DNA of 64,000 nucleotides. Source: Xanthobacteraceae bacterium (GTDB lineage Bacteria > Pseudomonadota > Alphaproteobacteria > Rhizobiales > Xanthobacteraceae). This document shows, in pieces, positions 36,223-47,246 of this stretch. The stretch's first letter is position 1; each line of letters starts with the position of its first letter. The stretch spans positions 65 to 64,064 of the forward strand of contig JBEKRD010000009.1 in the NCBI GenBank assembly GCA_049519075.1. The letters are read 5' to 3'. The notes below the pieces were generated by a model. The model had not been told where the DNA came from and did no database searches. It saw only the letters and a list, made by a program, of their open reading frames with translations. Made by a program: the position numbers and the translations under genes.

Positions 36223-38490
36223 CTAGAGCTGCAGCCCATTGTCGGCGGCAAATTTTTCCAATTGCCCGCGAATCGGCGCGCCCCGCTTGGTTTGCTCGAT
36301 CAGGGGGCAAAGGAACGCGGCGATCTTGCGGCAATCGAGATCAAGCAGCATCGCCTTGACCGGCCCGATCGCGGACGGGGTCAACGACAGCGACCGGTAA
36401 CCGATGGCGACCAGAGCGAGTGCCCCGATCGGCTGCGATGCCAGCTCACCGCATACTGTCGCGGGCTTGTGATAGGCGCGCGCCTTGTCGGCGATATCCT
36501 TGAGCGCGCGCAACACCGGCGCCGACAGCGTATCGAATCGGTTGGACACCCGCGGATTGCCGCGGTCGACCGCATAGAGGAATTGCACCAGGTCGTTCGA
36601 GCCGACCGAGAGAAAATCGACGCGCTCGAGCAGTTCGTCGAGCTGATAGAGCAGTGACGGAACCTCCACCATGCTGCCGACCTCGACCGCGGCAGGCAGC
36701 TTATGGCCGTGACGGCGTAAATGCGTCAGCTCGCGCTCGACCAGCTCCTTGGCCTGGTCGAATTCCTGCACGGTCGAAATCATCGGGAACATGATCTTCA
36801 GCGCGCGGCTGCCCGCCGCGCGCAGTAGCGCCCGCAACTGGGTCCGCAGCAATCCCGGCCGATCGAGGCCGAGCCGGATGGCGCGCCAGCCCAGCGCCGG
36901 GTTCTCCTCCTCGACATGGCGCATATAGGGCAAAAGCTTGTCACCGCCGATGTCGAGCGTGCGGAAGGTTACCGGCTTGTCGTCGGCGGCATCGAGCACG
37001 GCGCGATACAGTGCATATTGCTCGCTGGTGCGCGGAAAATTCGGCGCGACCATGAATTGCAGCTCGGTCCGGAACAGGCCGATGCCGGCGGCACCGGTAT
37101 CGGCGATATGCGGCAGGTCGACGCTCAAACCGGCATTGATCATCAGTGTGATCTCTTCGCCGTCCTTGGTGACGCAAGGTTTGTCGCGCAGCGCCGAATA
37201 TTGCTGCTGGCGCCGCGCCCGCAGCTTGACGCGTTCGGCATAGGCCGCCTCCATGTCGGGCAACGGCCGGATATGCAAATCCCCGGTCGAGCCGTCGACG
37301 ATGATGGCGTCGCCCGGATCGGCGATGCCGGTGGCGTTCTCGATGCCGCCGACCGCGGGAATGCCGAGCGCGCGCGCCACGATCGTGACATGCGAATGCG
37401 GGCCGCCCTCTTCCAGCACCAGGCCGCGCAGCCGCTTGCGGTCGTAATCGAGCAGCGCCGCAGGGCCCATCGAGCGGGCGACCAGGATTGCATTCTCCGG
37501 CAGACTCTCGCGCGACGGGGCGTGATCGCGCCCGGTCAGCTGCCGCATCAGGCGATTGGCGAGGTCGTCGAGGTCGTGCAGGCGCTCGCGCAAGAACGGA
37601 TCGGTCTGCCGCAGCATCCGCGCGCGGGTGTCGGACTGCACGCGCTCGACGGCTGCTTCCGCGGTCAGGCCCGTCATCACCGCTTCTTCGAGCTTGTGCA
37701 CCCAGCCGCGGTCATAGGCGAACATGCGATAGGCTTCGAGCACGTCGCGGTGCTCGCCGCCTTCGACCACGTCGCCGTGTTCGAGCAATTCGTCGAGGCT
37801 GGAGCGGAGCGTCTCGACGGCGCCGCGCAGATGCTCCAATTCCTTGGGCACGTCGTCGGCGATAAAATTGGTGACGACGACCCGCGGCTCATGCAGCACG
37901 ACATGGCCGAGCGCGATGCCGTCGCTCAAGGCGGTGCCTTTGAAATGCACCGAGCGCCGCGCCGCCGGCTCGGCGCCGGGCGGCGCCAGCGCCGACAGCT
38001 CACCGGACGCGATCATCTCGGCGAGCACCATGGCGGTGGTCTGCAGCGCTTCGACTTCTTCTTCCGAATAGGTGCGCCGCGCGCGGTTCTGCACCACCAA
38101 GACGCCGAGCGTATTGCCGGCGCGCAGGATCGGCACGCCGAGGAAGGAGTGGTAGATTTCTTCGCCGGTTTCCGGCCGGTAGGAGTAGGCCGGGTGCGCT
38201 TGCGCGTTTGACAGGTTGATCGGGTTGGCTTGGCTGGCGACCAGGCCAACCAGGCCCTCATCGGAGCGCATCACCGTGCGATGCACGGCGTCGCGATTGA
38301 GGCCTTCGGTGGCGTAGAGCTCGAGCGTGGAATCGACGCGCAGCACATAGACGGAGCAGACCTCCGCAACCATGTTGGCGGCGATCAGCACCACGATCTT
38401 GTCAAGGCGTTCCTGCGCGCTGACCGGCTCCGCCATTACTTCGCGAAGCCGGCGCAACAGCACGCGCGGACCGCCGAGCGCGCCCCGCAT
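36223..38490 (-). CDS. ptsP: Phosphoenolpyruvate-protein phosphotransferase, nitrogen PTS Enzyme I (GAF domain plus EI)
   Basis: N-terminal GAF domain, phospho-His region GGPHSHVTIVARALGIPAV and PEP-utiliser signature SVGSNDLVQF. Start set to ATG 38490; the track start is 38640. Confidence 0.9.
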   Translation of the reverse strand: MRGALGGPRVLLRRLREVMAEPVSAQERLDKIVVLIAANMVAEVCSVYVLRVDSTLELYATEGLNRDAVHRTVMRSDEGLVGLVASQANPINLSNAQAHPAYSYRPETGEEIYHSFLGVPILRAGNTLGVLVVQNRARRTYSEEEVEALQTTAMVLAEMIASGELSALAPPGAEPAARRSVHFKGTALSDGIALGHVVLHEPRVVVTNFIADDVPKELEHLRGAVETLRSSLDELLEHGDVVEGGEHRDVLEAYRMFAYDRGWVHKLEEAVMTGLTAEAAVERVQSDTRARMLRQTDPFLRERLHDLDDLANRLMRQLTGRDHAPSRESLPENAILVARSMGPAALLDYDRKRLRGLVLEEGGPHSHVTIVARALGIPAVGGIENATGIADPGDAIIVDGSTGDLHIRPLPDMEAAYAERVKLRARRQQQYSALRDKPCVTKDGEEITLMINAGLSVDLPHIADTGAAGIGLFRTELQFMVAPNFPRTSEQYALYRAVLDAADDKPVTFRTLDIGGDKLLPYMRHVEEENPALGWRAIRLGLDRPGLLRTQLRALLRAAGSRALKIMFPMISTVQEFDQAKELVERELTHLRRHGHKLPAAVEVGSMVEVPSLLYQLDELLERVDFLSVGSNDLVQFLYAVDRGNPRVSNRFDTLSAPVLRALKDIADKARAYHKPATVCGELASQPIGALALVAIGYRSLSLTPSAIGPVKAMLLDLDCRKIAAFLCPLIEQTKRGAPIRGQLEKFAADNGLQL

Positions 38491-38688
38491 GGCGAGAGGT
38501 CCCTCGGGCTTGGCTTTGACCGGAGCGGAGCCCGCCGCCCACCGGCCTTTGTCAAAGAGGAATTCGCCCGGGTCCCGGCCCGCGGCGAATGTCCTCCAGG
38601 CTATATCGAATGCGGTATGCAAACCGCAAGCCAGAGACAAGGATATGACGGCGCCGACTATTGTGCGTTGCAGCGCGATCGCTTGCCG

Positions 38689-39954
38689 TCAGGCCGCTTT
38701 ATCGAGGCCATAGAGCGAGTGCAACGTGCGCACCGCAAGTTCGGTGAAGGCCGCGTCAATCAGCAGGGAAAACTTGATCTCCGACGTGGTAATGGCGCGA
38801 ATATTGATGGAGCGCTCGGCAAGGGCGTGGAAAGCCTGTGCGGCGACCCCGGCATGGCTGCGCATGCCGATGCCGATGACGGAAATCTTGGCCACGTCGG
38901 TGGCGCCGTCGAGCCGCGTATAGCCGATCGCCGCTTTCGCCTTGGCGATGACATCGAGCGCGCGCTGGTAATCGGTGGCCGGCACGGTGAAGGTCAAGTC
39001 GGTGGTCTTGCCGTCGGCCGAGACGTTTTGCACGATCATGTCGACATTGATATTGGCCGCGGCGAGCGGACCAAAAATGGCGGCCGCCACACCCGGCTTG
39101 TCCTGAACCTGGCGGATCGAGATTTGCGCTTCGTCCCTGGAAAAGGCGATACCGGTGACGGTTTGTTGCTCCATGATCTCCCCCTCGTCGCAAATAAGTG
39201 TTCCCGGCGGTGTACCGTGCGGATCGATTCGTTCCGGCGGGTCGAAGCTCGACCGCACGAAGATGCGCACGTTATGCAACATCCCGAGTTCGACCGAACG
39301 AACCTGCAGCACCTTGGCGCCGAGCGAAGCAAGCTCCAGCATTTCCTCGAAGGCGACCTTGTCGAGCCGGCGCGCACGCGGCACGACGCGCGGGTCGGTG
39401 GTGTAGACGCCGTCGACGTCGGTGTAGATGTCGCAGCGGTCGGCGCGGATCGCGGCCGCGATCGCCACCGCCGAAGTATCCGAACCGCCGCGGCCGAGCG
39501 TGGTGATGCGCCCGGTCTCTTTGTACAGGCCCTGAAAACCGGCGATGACGGCGACCTCCTTGCGCTCCTTGAAACGCCGGACCAGTTCGTCGCCGTTGAC
39601 GTCGAGGATGCGCGCTGAGCCGTGCGCGTCCGAGGTCAAAATCGGTAGCTGCCAGCCCTGCCACGAGCGCGCATTGATATCGAGGTCCTGCAGCGCGATG
39701 GCCAGCAGCCCCGCGGTGACCTGTTCGCCGGTTGCGACGACGGCATCGTATTCGCGGGCGTCGAAGATGCGCCGCTCGCGCAACGCCGCTTCGCACCAGG
39801 CGACGAGCTGGTTGGTCGTGCCCGACATCGCCGAGACCACGACGGCCACTTCATGGCCGGCGTCGATCTCGCGCTTGACGTGTCGCGCGACATTGCGGAT
39901 GCGGTCGATATCGGCGACCGACGTTCCGCCGAATTTCATGACGAGACGGGCCAT
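38689..39954 (-). CDS. lysC: Aspartate kinase
   Basis: 421 aa. MKFGGTSVAD and GRGGSDTSAVAIAA, with two C-terminal ACT domains. Confidence 0.93.
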   Translation of the reverse strand: MARLVMKFGGTSVADIDRIRNVARHVKREIDAGHEVAVVVSAMSGTTNQLVAWCEAALRERRIFDAREYDAVVATGEQVTAGLLAIALQDLDINARSWQGWQLPILTSDAHGSARILDVNGDELVRRFKERKEVAVIAGFQGLYKETGRITTLGRGGSDTSAVAIAAAIRADRCDIYTDVDGVYTTDPRVVPRARRLDKVAFEEMLELASLGAKVLQVRSVELGMLHNVRIFVRSSFDPPERIDPHGTPPGTLICDEGEIMEQQTVTGIAFSRDEAQISIRQVQDKPGVAAAIFGPLAAANINVDMIVQNVSADGKTTDLTFTVPATDYQRALDVIAKAKAAIGYTRLDGATDVAKISVIGIGMRSHAGVAAQAFHALAERSINIRAITTSEIKFSLLIDAAFTELAVRTLHSLYGLDKAA

Positions 39955-40144
39955 GACGGTATTGCCGCTCTTTAAGTCAGGGGGCGCGTATCAATACCGG
40001 CGAGGTAGGCCCGCTGCAACCTGATCCCGCCGCAGCCCCGGACGGTGGTCATGGCCCGCAGGGGTCGGCGAAATGAGAGAATTCGCGTGTTATGGCCGGT
40101 GGGGCGACGACGGGGCGGGAGGCCGTCGCTGGGTATTGGGCGGC

Positions 40145-40261
40145 TTACTCGCGATTCTGGGGTTTGTGCGCCTTGACGCGAATCGGTCGGGAGACTTCGC
40201 TCCAGCACGTCGCTGTGCCCATCATCGAGGACCAGAAAGCAACCCACAGCAGAATAGGCAT
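40145..40261 (-). CDS. Candidate small membrane protein (38 aa), not in the ORF track
   Basis: My own translation: MPILLWVAFWSSMMGTATCWSEVSRPIRVKAHKPQNRE. AGGAG lies 8 nt upstream of the ATG. One hydrophobic segment followed by a basic tail. No homology evidence. Confidence 0.3.
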   Translation of the reverse strand: MPILLWVAFWSSMMGTATCWSEVSRPIRVKAHKPQNRE

Positions 40262-40385
40262 GACCGTGACTCCTGGGTATGAATCGGGCGACCGTCACTG
40301 CCATGCGGAGCGGTCACGCTAAACTTCGAAGAAATAACGTTCGAGCTTTGACACGGTTCCCCCGCAGCCTTTGATCGAGACAAAC

Positions 40386-41327
40386 ATGCGTGATCAGAAT
40401 GAGCGAAGTACCAGCCAGAAAATAGCCGTCGTCGGCGGCGGATTGATGGGCCATGGCATCGCTTATCTGTTCGCCGCCGCCGGCCACCAAGTCGCCGTGT
40501 TCGAACCGGCGGCGGAACTGCGCACAACGCTGGGCAAACGCCTGCGCGCGATCGCCGATCTGCTCGACGACGATCCGGAGCCCCTCAATAACATCGCGGT
40601 GCATGACGCGATGGCTCCAGCGATGGGCGGCGCGGGTTTCGTTTTTGAAGCGGCGCCGGAGAAACTGCCGCTGAAGCAACAAATCTTCGCCGAACTGGAG
40701 TCGCTCGTCGCGCCGGACACCATCCTCGCCAGCAACAGCTCGGCGATCCCCTCGACCGAGATCGGCCGTCATCTGGCGCACCGTGACCGTGTTGTCGGCA
40801 CGCATTTTTGGAATCCACCGCATCTCGTCCCGCTGGTCGAAGTGATCCAGAATGAAAAAACCAGCGACCAGGTGATGCAGCGCACCATGGCGCTGCTGCA
40901 CGATGCCGGAAAGACCCCGGTTCACGTGCGCCGCGACGTGCCGGGCTTTGTCGGCAATCGGCTGCAACATGCCATGAAGCGCGAAGCGATCGCGCTGGTC
41001 GCCGCCGGCGTCTGCGACGCGGAAACGATCGACACTGTCGTTAAAGCAGGCTTTGGCGCGCGCACCGCCGTGCTCGGGCCGATGGAGCAGACCGATCTGG
41101 TCGGCGTGGATCTGACCTTCGACATTGCCACGGTGCTTTATCAGCACCTCGACTGTACGCCCGGCCCGCATCCGTTGCTGCGCGATAAGATCGTGGCCGG
41201 CAAGCTCGGCATGAAGACCGGCGAGGGCCTGCGCCGCTGGACGCCGGATCAGGCCGATGCGGTGCGCTCGCGGCTGTCGCGTTACCTGGCCGAACAGGCC
41301 AAAGCGCGGAAAAAGAAGCCCGCTTAG
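40386..41327 (+). CDS. 3-hydroxyacyl-CoA dehydrogenase family protein
   Basis: NAD fold KIAVVGGGLMGHGIAYLFA, plus HFWNPPHLVPLVEV and VPGFVGNRLQHA. Start set to ATG 40386; the track start is TTG 40371. Confidence 0.8.
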   Translation: MRDQNERSTSQKIAVVGGGLMGHGIAYLFAAAGHQVAVFEPAAELRTTLGKRLRAIADLLDDDPEPLNNIAVHDAMAPAMGGAGFVFEAAPEKLPLKQQIFAELESLVAPDTILASNSSAIPSTEIGRHLAHRDRVVGTHFWNPPHLVPLVEVIQNEKTSDQVMQRTMALLHDAGKTPVHVRRDVPGFVGNRLQHAMKREAIALVAAGVCDAETIDTVVKAGFGARTAVLGPMEQTDLVGVDLTFDIATVLYQHLDCTPGPHPLLRDKIVAGKLGMKTGEGLRRWTPDQADAVRSRLSRYLAEQAKARKKKPA

Positions 41328-41357
41328 GTCGCGCGCCCGTCCAGAGGGGCGCGCGAC
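41328..41357 (+). terminator. Stem-loop immediately after the 3-hydroxyacyl-CoA dehydrogenase gene
   Basis: Perfect 11-bp stem GTCGCGCGCCC / GGGCGCGCGAC with an 8-nt loop, starting 1 nt after the TAG stop. No T-run follows. Confidence 0.5.
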
Positions 41358-41535
41358 AAGTCGGCAATTGACCTTGCAAAAATCGGGGCAGAAGATGCCG
41401 GGACTTGGGCGCAGCAGGCGATCTTGCGGTCTTGAGATTTGACCCGCGCCGGCGTTGCCCGAAACGGTCGCGCTTTAAAACTAGCGAACATGACCGGGAC
41501 AAACCCGGCGAAAAACACCTTTGGGAGGATCGAAC

Positions 41536-42786
41536 ATGTCCAACGTCAAAACGTCGGTACGTCGTCGCACGTTCCTCAAGGCGGGTCTCGCGCTCGGCAC
41601 AAGTCAGGTCATTGGTGCGCCATTTCTCATCGCGGCGCGCGGCGAAGAGCCGGTCAAGATCGGCATGGTCAATCCGCTGACCGGCGTATTGTCGGCGCTG
41701 GCGCAAAGCGAGGTCGACGGCGCCAGATACGCCGAAGCGGAAATCAATAAGAAGGGCGGCATTCTCGGCCGCCAGGTCCAGCTTCTGGTCGAGGATTCGG
41801 CAAACGACGTCGGCACCGGCGTCCAGAAGACGAGCAAGCTGATCGACCGCGACAAGGTCGACGTGATCTTCGGCGACGTCAATTCCGGCATCGCCTACGC
41901 GATGTCGCAGGTGACCAACGAGAAGAAAGTGTTCCACATCGTGCCCGGCGGCCACACCGATCCGATCACCGGCACCAATTGCAAATGGAACGTGTTCCGG
42001 GTTTGCAACACGACGACGATGGACGCCGAGGCGGTCACTCCGGAATTGGTGAAGCGGTTCGGCAAGAAATGGTTTTTTATCACGCCTGACTACGCTTATG
42101 GCCATACGCTGCAGGATGCCTTCGTCAAGGCTCTCACCAAGGTCGGCGGCAGCTATGAGGGCGACATGCTGCCGATCAACAATACCGATTTCTCCGCCAC
42201 GCTGATTAAGGCCAAGGCCTACAAGCCGAACGTGCTGCTCAACAACATGGGCGGGCTGACCCAGATCAACTGCATGAAGCAATTCACGCAGTTCGGCATG
42301 CAAAACGAAATGGCGCTCGGTGGCGCGCTGTTCGAGCTGGAAAGCATCAAGGGCTGTCCGCCGGAGGCGCAAACCGGCTGGTGGACCTATGAGTGGTGGT
42401 GGAATCAGCCCAACGTGCCCGAAGTGGTGAAGTTCGTCGCCGACTACCGTGCGGCGACCAAAAAAACGCCCTCGGCACGCGATTGGTTCGGTTACGTGTC
42501 GATGCACACCGTGCGGCTTGCCGCGGAAAAGGCCAAGTCGCTCGAGGGCCCGAAACTGGCGATGGCATTGGAGGATTTCGAGCTGCCGCCGGATGTGGCG
42601 CTACAGCCCGGCAAGGTGATTTATCGCAAGGGCGACCACGAATTGATGCCCAACATCTTCGTCGGTGAAGTGCATCCGGCGAAAGGCAACCCCGACGACG
42701 TGGTCACGGTCGGAGCGCTGGTGCCGGGCGAACAGGCCGCCGGCTCGGTCGCCGATACCGGGTGCAAGATGGCGCAGCCGACCTGA
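41536..42786 (+). CDS. ABC transporter substrate-binding protein, LivJ/branched-chain amino acid type (ligand unknown)
   Basis: Twin-arginine-like signal SVRRRTFLKAGLALG and a periplasmic-binding type I fold pattern. GGGAGGA Shine-Dalgarno before ATG 41536. Confidence 0.8.
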   Translation: MSNVKTSVRRRTFLKAGLALGTSQVIGAPFLIAARGEEPVKIGMVNPLTGVLSALAQSEVDGARYAEAEINKKGGILGRQVQLLVEDSANDVGTGVQKTSKLIDRDKVDVIFGDVNSGIAYAMSQVTNEKKVFHIVPGGHTDPITGTNCKWNVFRVCNTTTMDAEAVTPELVKRFGKKWFFITPDYAYGHTLQDAFVKALTKVGGSYEGDMLPINNTDFSATLIKAKAYKPNVLLNNMGGLTQINCMKQFTQFGMQNEMALGGALFELESIKGCPPEAQTGWWTYEWWWNQPNVPEVVKFVADYRAATKKTPSARDWFGYVSMHTVRLAAEKAKSLEGPKLAMALEDFELPPDVALQPGKVIYRKGDHELMPNIFVGEVHPAKGNPDDVVTVGALVPGEQAAGSVADTGCKMAQPT

Positions 42787-42856
42787 TCTCCGCCTCTTGC
42801 GGGGAATTTCTTCCGTTTAGAGCGGCGGGTCGCGCAACTCTTATGGCTCGGGTCTC

Positions 42857-43726
42857 ATGGCACAAGTCATCTTGTTCAACGTAACCAACGGGCTGATCAT
42901 CGGCGCGTTTTACGTGCTGATGGCGCTCGGTCTGTCGCTGATCCTCAATCTCAGCAACGTCATCAATTTCGCGCACGGCAATTTCCTGGCGTTAGGGGGC
43001 TACTTGGCGTTCGCGCTGTCGCCGACGCTGGGCTATTGGGGCGCGTTATTGGTCTCGCCGTTGTTGACCGCGTTGATCGGCGTCGCCGTGGAGCGGTTGA
43101 TGATCCGCCGCATCTACAATCGCGATCCGGTTTATAGTCTGTTGCTGACCTTCGGGCTCGCCTTTGTGATGCAAGACGCGGCCCGCTACATCTGGGGCCC
43201 CAACGGCCTGCCGATGGGCCTACCCGCCGTCTTGGCGCAGCCCATCACTTCGAATCTGTTCTTCATCACCTGGTACCGCCTTTTCATGGTGGCGGTCGTT
43301 ATCGTCTCCGTGATCGGGCTGTTTTCCTTCCTGCGTTACACCCGCGTCGGCCTGCGCATCCGCGCCGGGACCTTCGATCTTGAAACGGTGGCGACGCTGG
43401 GCGTCAATGTTCGACACCTGCGGACGTTTAATTTCGCCGTCGGATGCCTGTTGGCGGGCCTGAGCGGCGTGCTCGCCGCGGGCCAGATCGGTCTTAATCC
43501 CAATATGGGCGACGATCTGTTGATGCCGAGCTTCATCGCCATCATCGTCGGCGGCGTCGGCAGTCTGATCGGCACCATGTTCGGCGGCATGCTGATCGGC
43601 ATGGCCGCGGCGCTGACCACCGTCATCTATCCGGCCGCGAGCGAAGCGGTGATCTACGCGATCTTGATGGGCGTGCTGCTGCTGCGGCCGCGCGGTTTGG
43701 TCGGCGAAGAGGGCATGATGTCATGA
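42857..43726 (+). CDS. Branched-chain amino acid-type ABC permease (LivH-like)
   Basis: 289 aa, multi-pass. N-terminus LFNVTNGLIIGAFYVLMALGLSLI is typical of the LivH family. Confidence 0.85.
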   Translation: MAQVILFNVTNGLIIGAFYVLMALGLSLILNLSNVINFAHGNFLALGGYLAFALSPTLGYWGALLVSPLLTALIGVAVERLMIRRIYNRDPVYSLLLTFGLAFVMQDAARYIWGPNGLPMGLPAVLAQPITSNLFFITWYRLFMVAVVIVSVIGLFSFLRYTRVGLRIRAGTFDLETVATLGVNVRHLRTFNFAVGCLLAGLSGVLAAGQIGLNPNMGDDLLMPSFIAIIVGGVGSLIGTMFGGMLIGMAAALTTVIYPAASEAVIYAILMGVLLLRPRGLVGEEGMMS

Positions 43727-44718
43727 GCGCCGCGGCCGCCGGCACAGCAATCGCCGCCGCCGCGCCCCGGCGCGCGACGGGGACGCGTCTCGTGGTGCTT
43801 GTGGTCATCTGGACGGCGTTGGTCACCGTGCCGTTCTGGCTGCCGTCGCTCGGCGGCTACACCGCGCTTGCCGGGCGCGTGCTGGTGTTCGGGCTGGCGG
43901 CCATGGGGCTCAACATGCTGTTGGGGTTCACCGGCGTCTTGAGCTTCGGGCACGCCGCTTATTTCGGCCTTGGCGCCTATGGCGCCGGGCTCACGCTGCG
44001 CTACCTCGTGCACTCGACGCCGCTCGCCATCCTCGCCGGCACGCTGCTCGGCGGGCTCGCCGGTACGTTATTCGGCCTCTTGATCGTGCGCCGGCGCGGC
44101 GTCTATTTCGCGATGTGCACCATCGCCTTCGGTCAGCTCTGGTACTATCTGGCCTATAGCTGGAATAGTTTTACCGGCGGCTTCGACGGGCTGCGCGATT
44201 TTCACCGCGAGGCGATCGGTATCGGCGCGCTGCGTCTCGATATCGAGCGCGGCGGTACGCCGTTCTACTTTTTCCTCCTGGGGATCTTCGCCGTGGCGGT
44301 GACGCTGATGGGCTTTATATTGCGCTCGCCGTTCGGCCGCACGCTGCTCGCGATTCGCGAGAACGAGCGCCGCGCGCGTTTTCTGGGCATTCCGGTGGAG
44401 CGCCACATCTGGCTGTCGTTCTCGATCTCCTGCTTCTTCACCGCGCTGGCCGGCACGCTCTACGCGCTGCTCAACAACTTCGCCGATCCCATGGCGCTGC
44501 ATTATTCGCTATCCGGGTATTTCGTGGTGATGACGGTGATCGGCGGCATGCGCACGTTTTGGGGGCCGCTGTTGGGCGCGGCGGTGTTCGTGGTGCTGCA
44601 GGACTACGTCTCGTCGATGACGGTGAACTGGATGTCGTTCATCGGCGTGACATTCATTCTCGTCGTGCTGTTCTTCCCGCGCGGGCTGCTCGGCACCCGG
44701 CGCTGGCGCCTCGCCTGA
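43723..44718 (+). CDS. Branched-chain amino acid-type ABC permease (LivM-like)
   Basis: 331 aa. The start overlaps the LivH-like stop (ATGA). GFTGVLSFGHAAYFGLGAY is typical of LivM. Confidence 0.85.
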   Translation: MSAAAAGTAIAAAAPRRATGTRLVVLVVIWTALVTVPFWLPSLGGYTALAGRVLVFGLAAMGLNMLLGFTGVLSFGHAAYFGLGAYGAGLTLRYLVHSTPLAILAGTLLGGLAGTLFGLLIVRRRGVYFAMCTIAFGQLWYYLAYSWNSFTGGFDGLRDFHREAIGIGALRLDIERGGTPFYFFLLGIFAVAVTLMGFILRSPFGRTLLAIRENERRARFLGIPVERHIWLSFSISCFFTALAGTLYALLNNFADPMALHYSLSGYFVVMTVIGGMRTFWGPLLGAAVFVVLQDYVSSMTVNWMSFIGVTFILVVLFFPRGLLGTRRWRLA

Positions 44719-44759
44719 CGTGCCGCAAGGCTCGGCCGCAACGTCTCCGTCGCAGCCGT

Positions 44760-45971
<1,212 letters not shown>

Positions 45972-46156
45972 TTATTTCACTCCTTGCTAGGGACCGGGAA
46001 CAGGCAAAGCAATGCCAATTCCGTCGGCGCCCACGGTCGATCGGACGCGGCTTCCTCCCTAAATTTCAGTCAAATTAAAACTAATTTCTTATCGGCACTG
46101 CAACCGCTGTCGTGCTTTATGGCGCAATGCACGTAGCCAAAGGAGCAGAGCTGCAG

Positions 46157-46537
46157 ATGTCCCCGTGGTTCGATTCATCGGATCATGCCGGCGTCAATCC
46201 GCGGGCCCGCCGGAGCTCCTGGGCGCGGCAGAACGTCGACGGCAAGACATCGTTCCGTGCCATTATCGCGTCCTCGGCGTTTCTCATGCTCTTCGCCATA
46301 GCGATGCTGTTCGGCGGCCATGCTGCGATCGAGCCGCTATTGCGCTCGGCGATGGCCGCGCGTGACGCCAAGGGCATCGGCGACATCGTTTATGCGATGC
46401 CCGACGGCAAACTCTGCCGGCACATGTCGTTCGACAATGGCACGTCCGAAATGGTCGAGGGCGAAATGAGTCCTTGCCCGGACAACCTCGCCAGAGAAAA
46501 ATTTCGCGTCCATCGGGGCTTCGCTTGGGGCGAGTGA
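46157..46537 (+). CDS. Hypothetical membrane-anchored protein
   Basis: 126 aa from ATG 46157. One hydrophobic segment (AIIASSAFLMLFAIAMLFGG). No family recognised. Confidence 0.4.
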   Translation: MSPWFDSSDHAGVNPRARRSSWARQNVDGKTSFRAIIASSAFLMLFAIAMLFGGHAAIEPLLRSAMAARDAKGIGDIVYAMPDGKLCRHMSFDNGTSEMVEGEMSPCPDNLAREKFRVHRGFAWGE

Positions 46538-46593
46538 AACGCCGTCCTGCCCCGTGAACTCCCTCTAGATTCCTTCCACAGCGTCGGTCAGCC

Positions 46594-46695
46594 CTAGACC
46601 CCGGTCCGATTTGATTGAATCGGACCAGAGTCTAGATTTTCCATCGGAGCATGATCTTTTCGGAGAACCGGCATCCACTTTTCCGGATCATGCTC
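46594..46695. repeat. REP-like element made of two hairpins
   Basis: Hairpin 1: GGTCCGATT-N6-AATCGGACC (46603-46626) with extended arms from CTAGAC to GTCTAG. Hairpin 2: GAGCATGATC-N29-GATCATGCTC (46647-46695). Hairpin 2 is the reverse complement of the element at 48354-48422. Confidence 0.65.
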
Positions 46696-46847
46696 TGGAT
46701 CGTACTTTCGCCACCTTTCGACCAGCAGGTGTCGAAGGGCCGGCATGGAGCCATGCGCAAATTTGCTTATTAAGCTGGATTTTGCGTAGAGATATCGGCG
46801 CCTTGTCCCGCAGCTGATGTCGCGGCGCGCGGCACAAGTTCTCGAAA

Positions 46848-47246
46848 ATGGGGAAAATCGCTATGCGGATCGCTCGTTTCGCCTGTTGTCTGGTGTTGCT
46901 GGCCGGCGCGCTGGTTTGCGGTTTCGATAGCGCCGGCGCGCAAGGCAACAACGCCGGCAGCGACGCCGCCCGCCAGGCGTGCACGCCCGACGCGATCCGG
47001 TTGTGTTCCGATCTTATTCCCGACGTGGCGAAGGTCACAGCCTGCATGAAAGAGAAATCGGCGCAACTCAGCGAGCCTTGTCGCATCGCCATGAGGGGCG
47101 GCGGCAATGAGGTCGGCCACAGGGAAGCTGGCCACAGGGAGACCGGCCGTAGGGAAAGTGGCCGCAGGCACGTGGCGCGCGAGGCGAGGCACCATCGCAA
47201 AGCACACGGCGAAACGTGCGATCCGTTGAGCCATCTCTGCAGCTGA
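46848..47246 (+). CDS. Secreted cysteine-rich-repeat protein with a basic pentapeptide-repeat tail
   Basis: Signal peptide MRIARFACCLVLLAGALVCG, then the pattern C..D...LC......V..C......LS..C. The ATG at 46863 is an alternative start. Confidence 0.45.
   Translation: MGKIAMRIARFACCLVLLAGALVCGFDSAGAQGNNAGSDAARQACTPDAIRLCSDLIPDVAKVTACMKEKSAQLSEPCRIAMRGGGNEVGHREAGHRETGRRESGRRHVAREARHHRKAHGETCDPLSHLCS
47115..47174 (+). repeat. Four tandem 15-nt units inside the CDS, encoding GHREA-GHRET-GRRES-GRRHV
   Basis: GGCCACAGGGAAGCT / GGCCACAGGGAGACC / GGCCGTAGGGAAAGT / GGCCGCAGGCACGTG, indexed from the protein frame. Confidence 0.85.

Noticed and set aside
36223-38640. 805-aa version of ptsP and other N-terminally extended track ORFs (7419-9149, 20706-21761, 49993-51393, 53342-55015, 55050-56588, 48437-49648)
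   Set aside because: The extensions lack homology-like sequence, and internal ATGs with Shine-Dalgarno motifs give proteins of canonical length, so I trimmed the starts. The extensions remain formally possible.
39955-40144. Lysine riboswitch or attenuator in front of lysC
   Set aside because: I could not find L-box-like conserved segments by eye, and alphaproteobacterial lysC is not known to me to carry one. An Rfam scan is needed before any claim.
41041-42507. 488-aa ORF on the minus strand
   Set aside because: Antisense to the 3-hydroxyacyl-CoA dehydrogenase 3' end and the LivJ-like binding protein. It also spans an intergenic terminator hairpin, which is implausible for a real gene.
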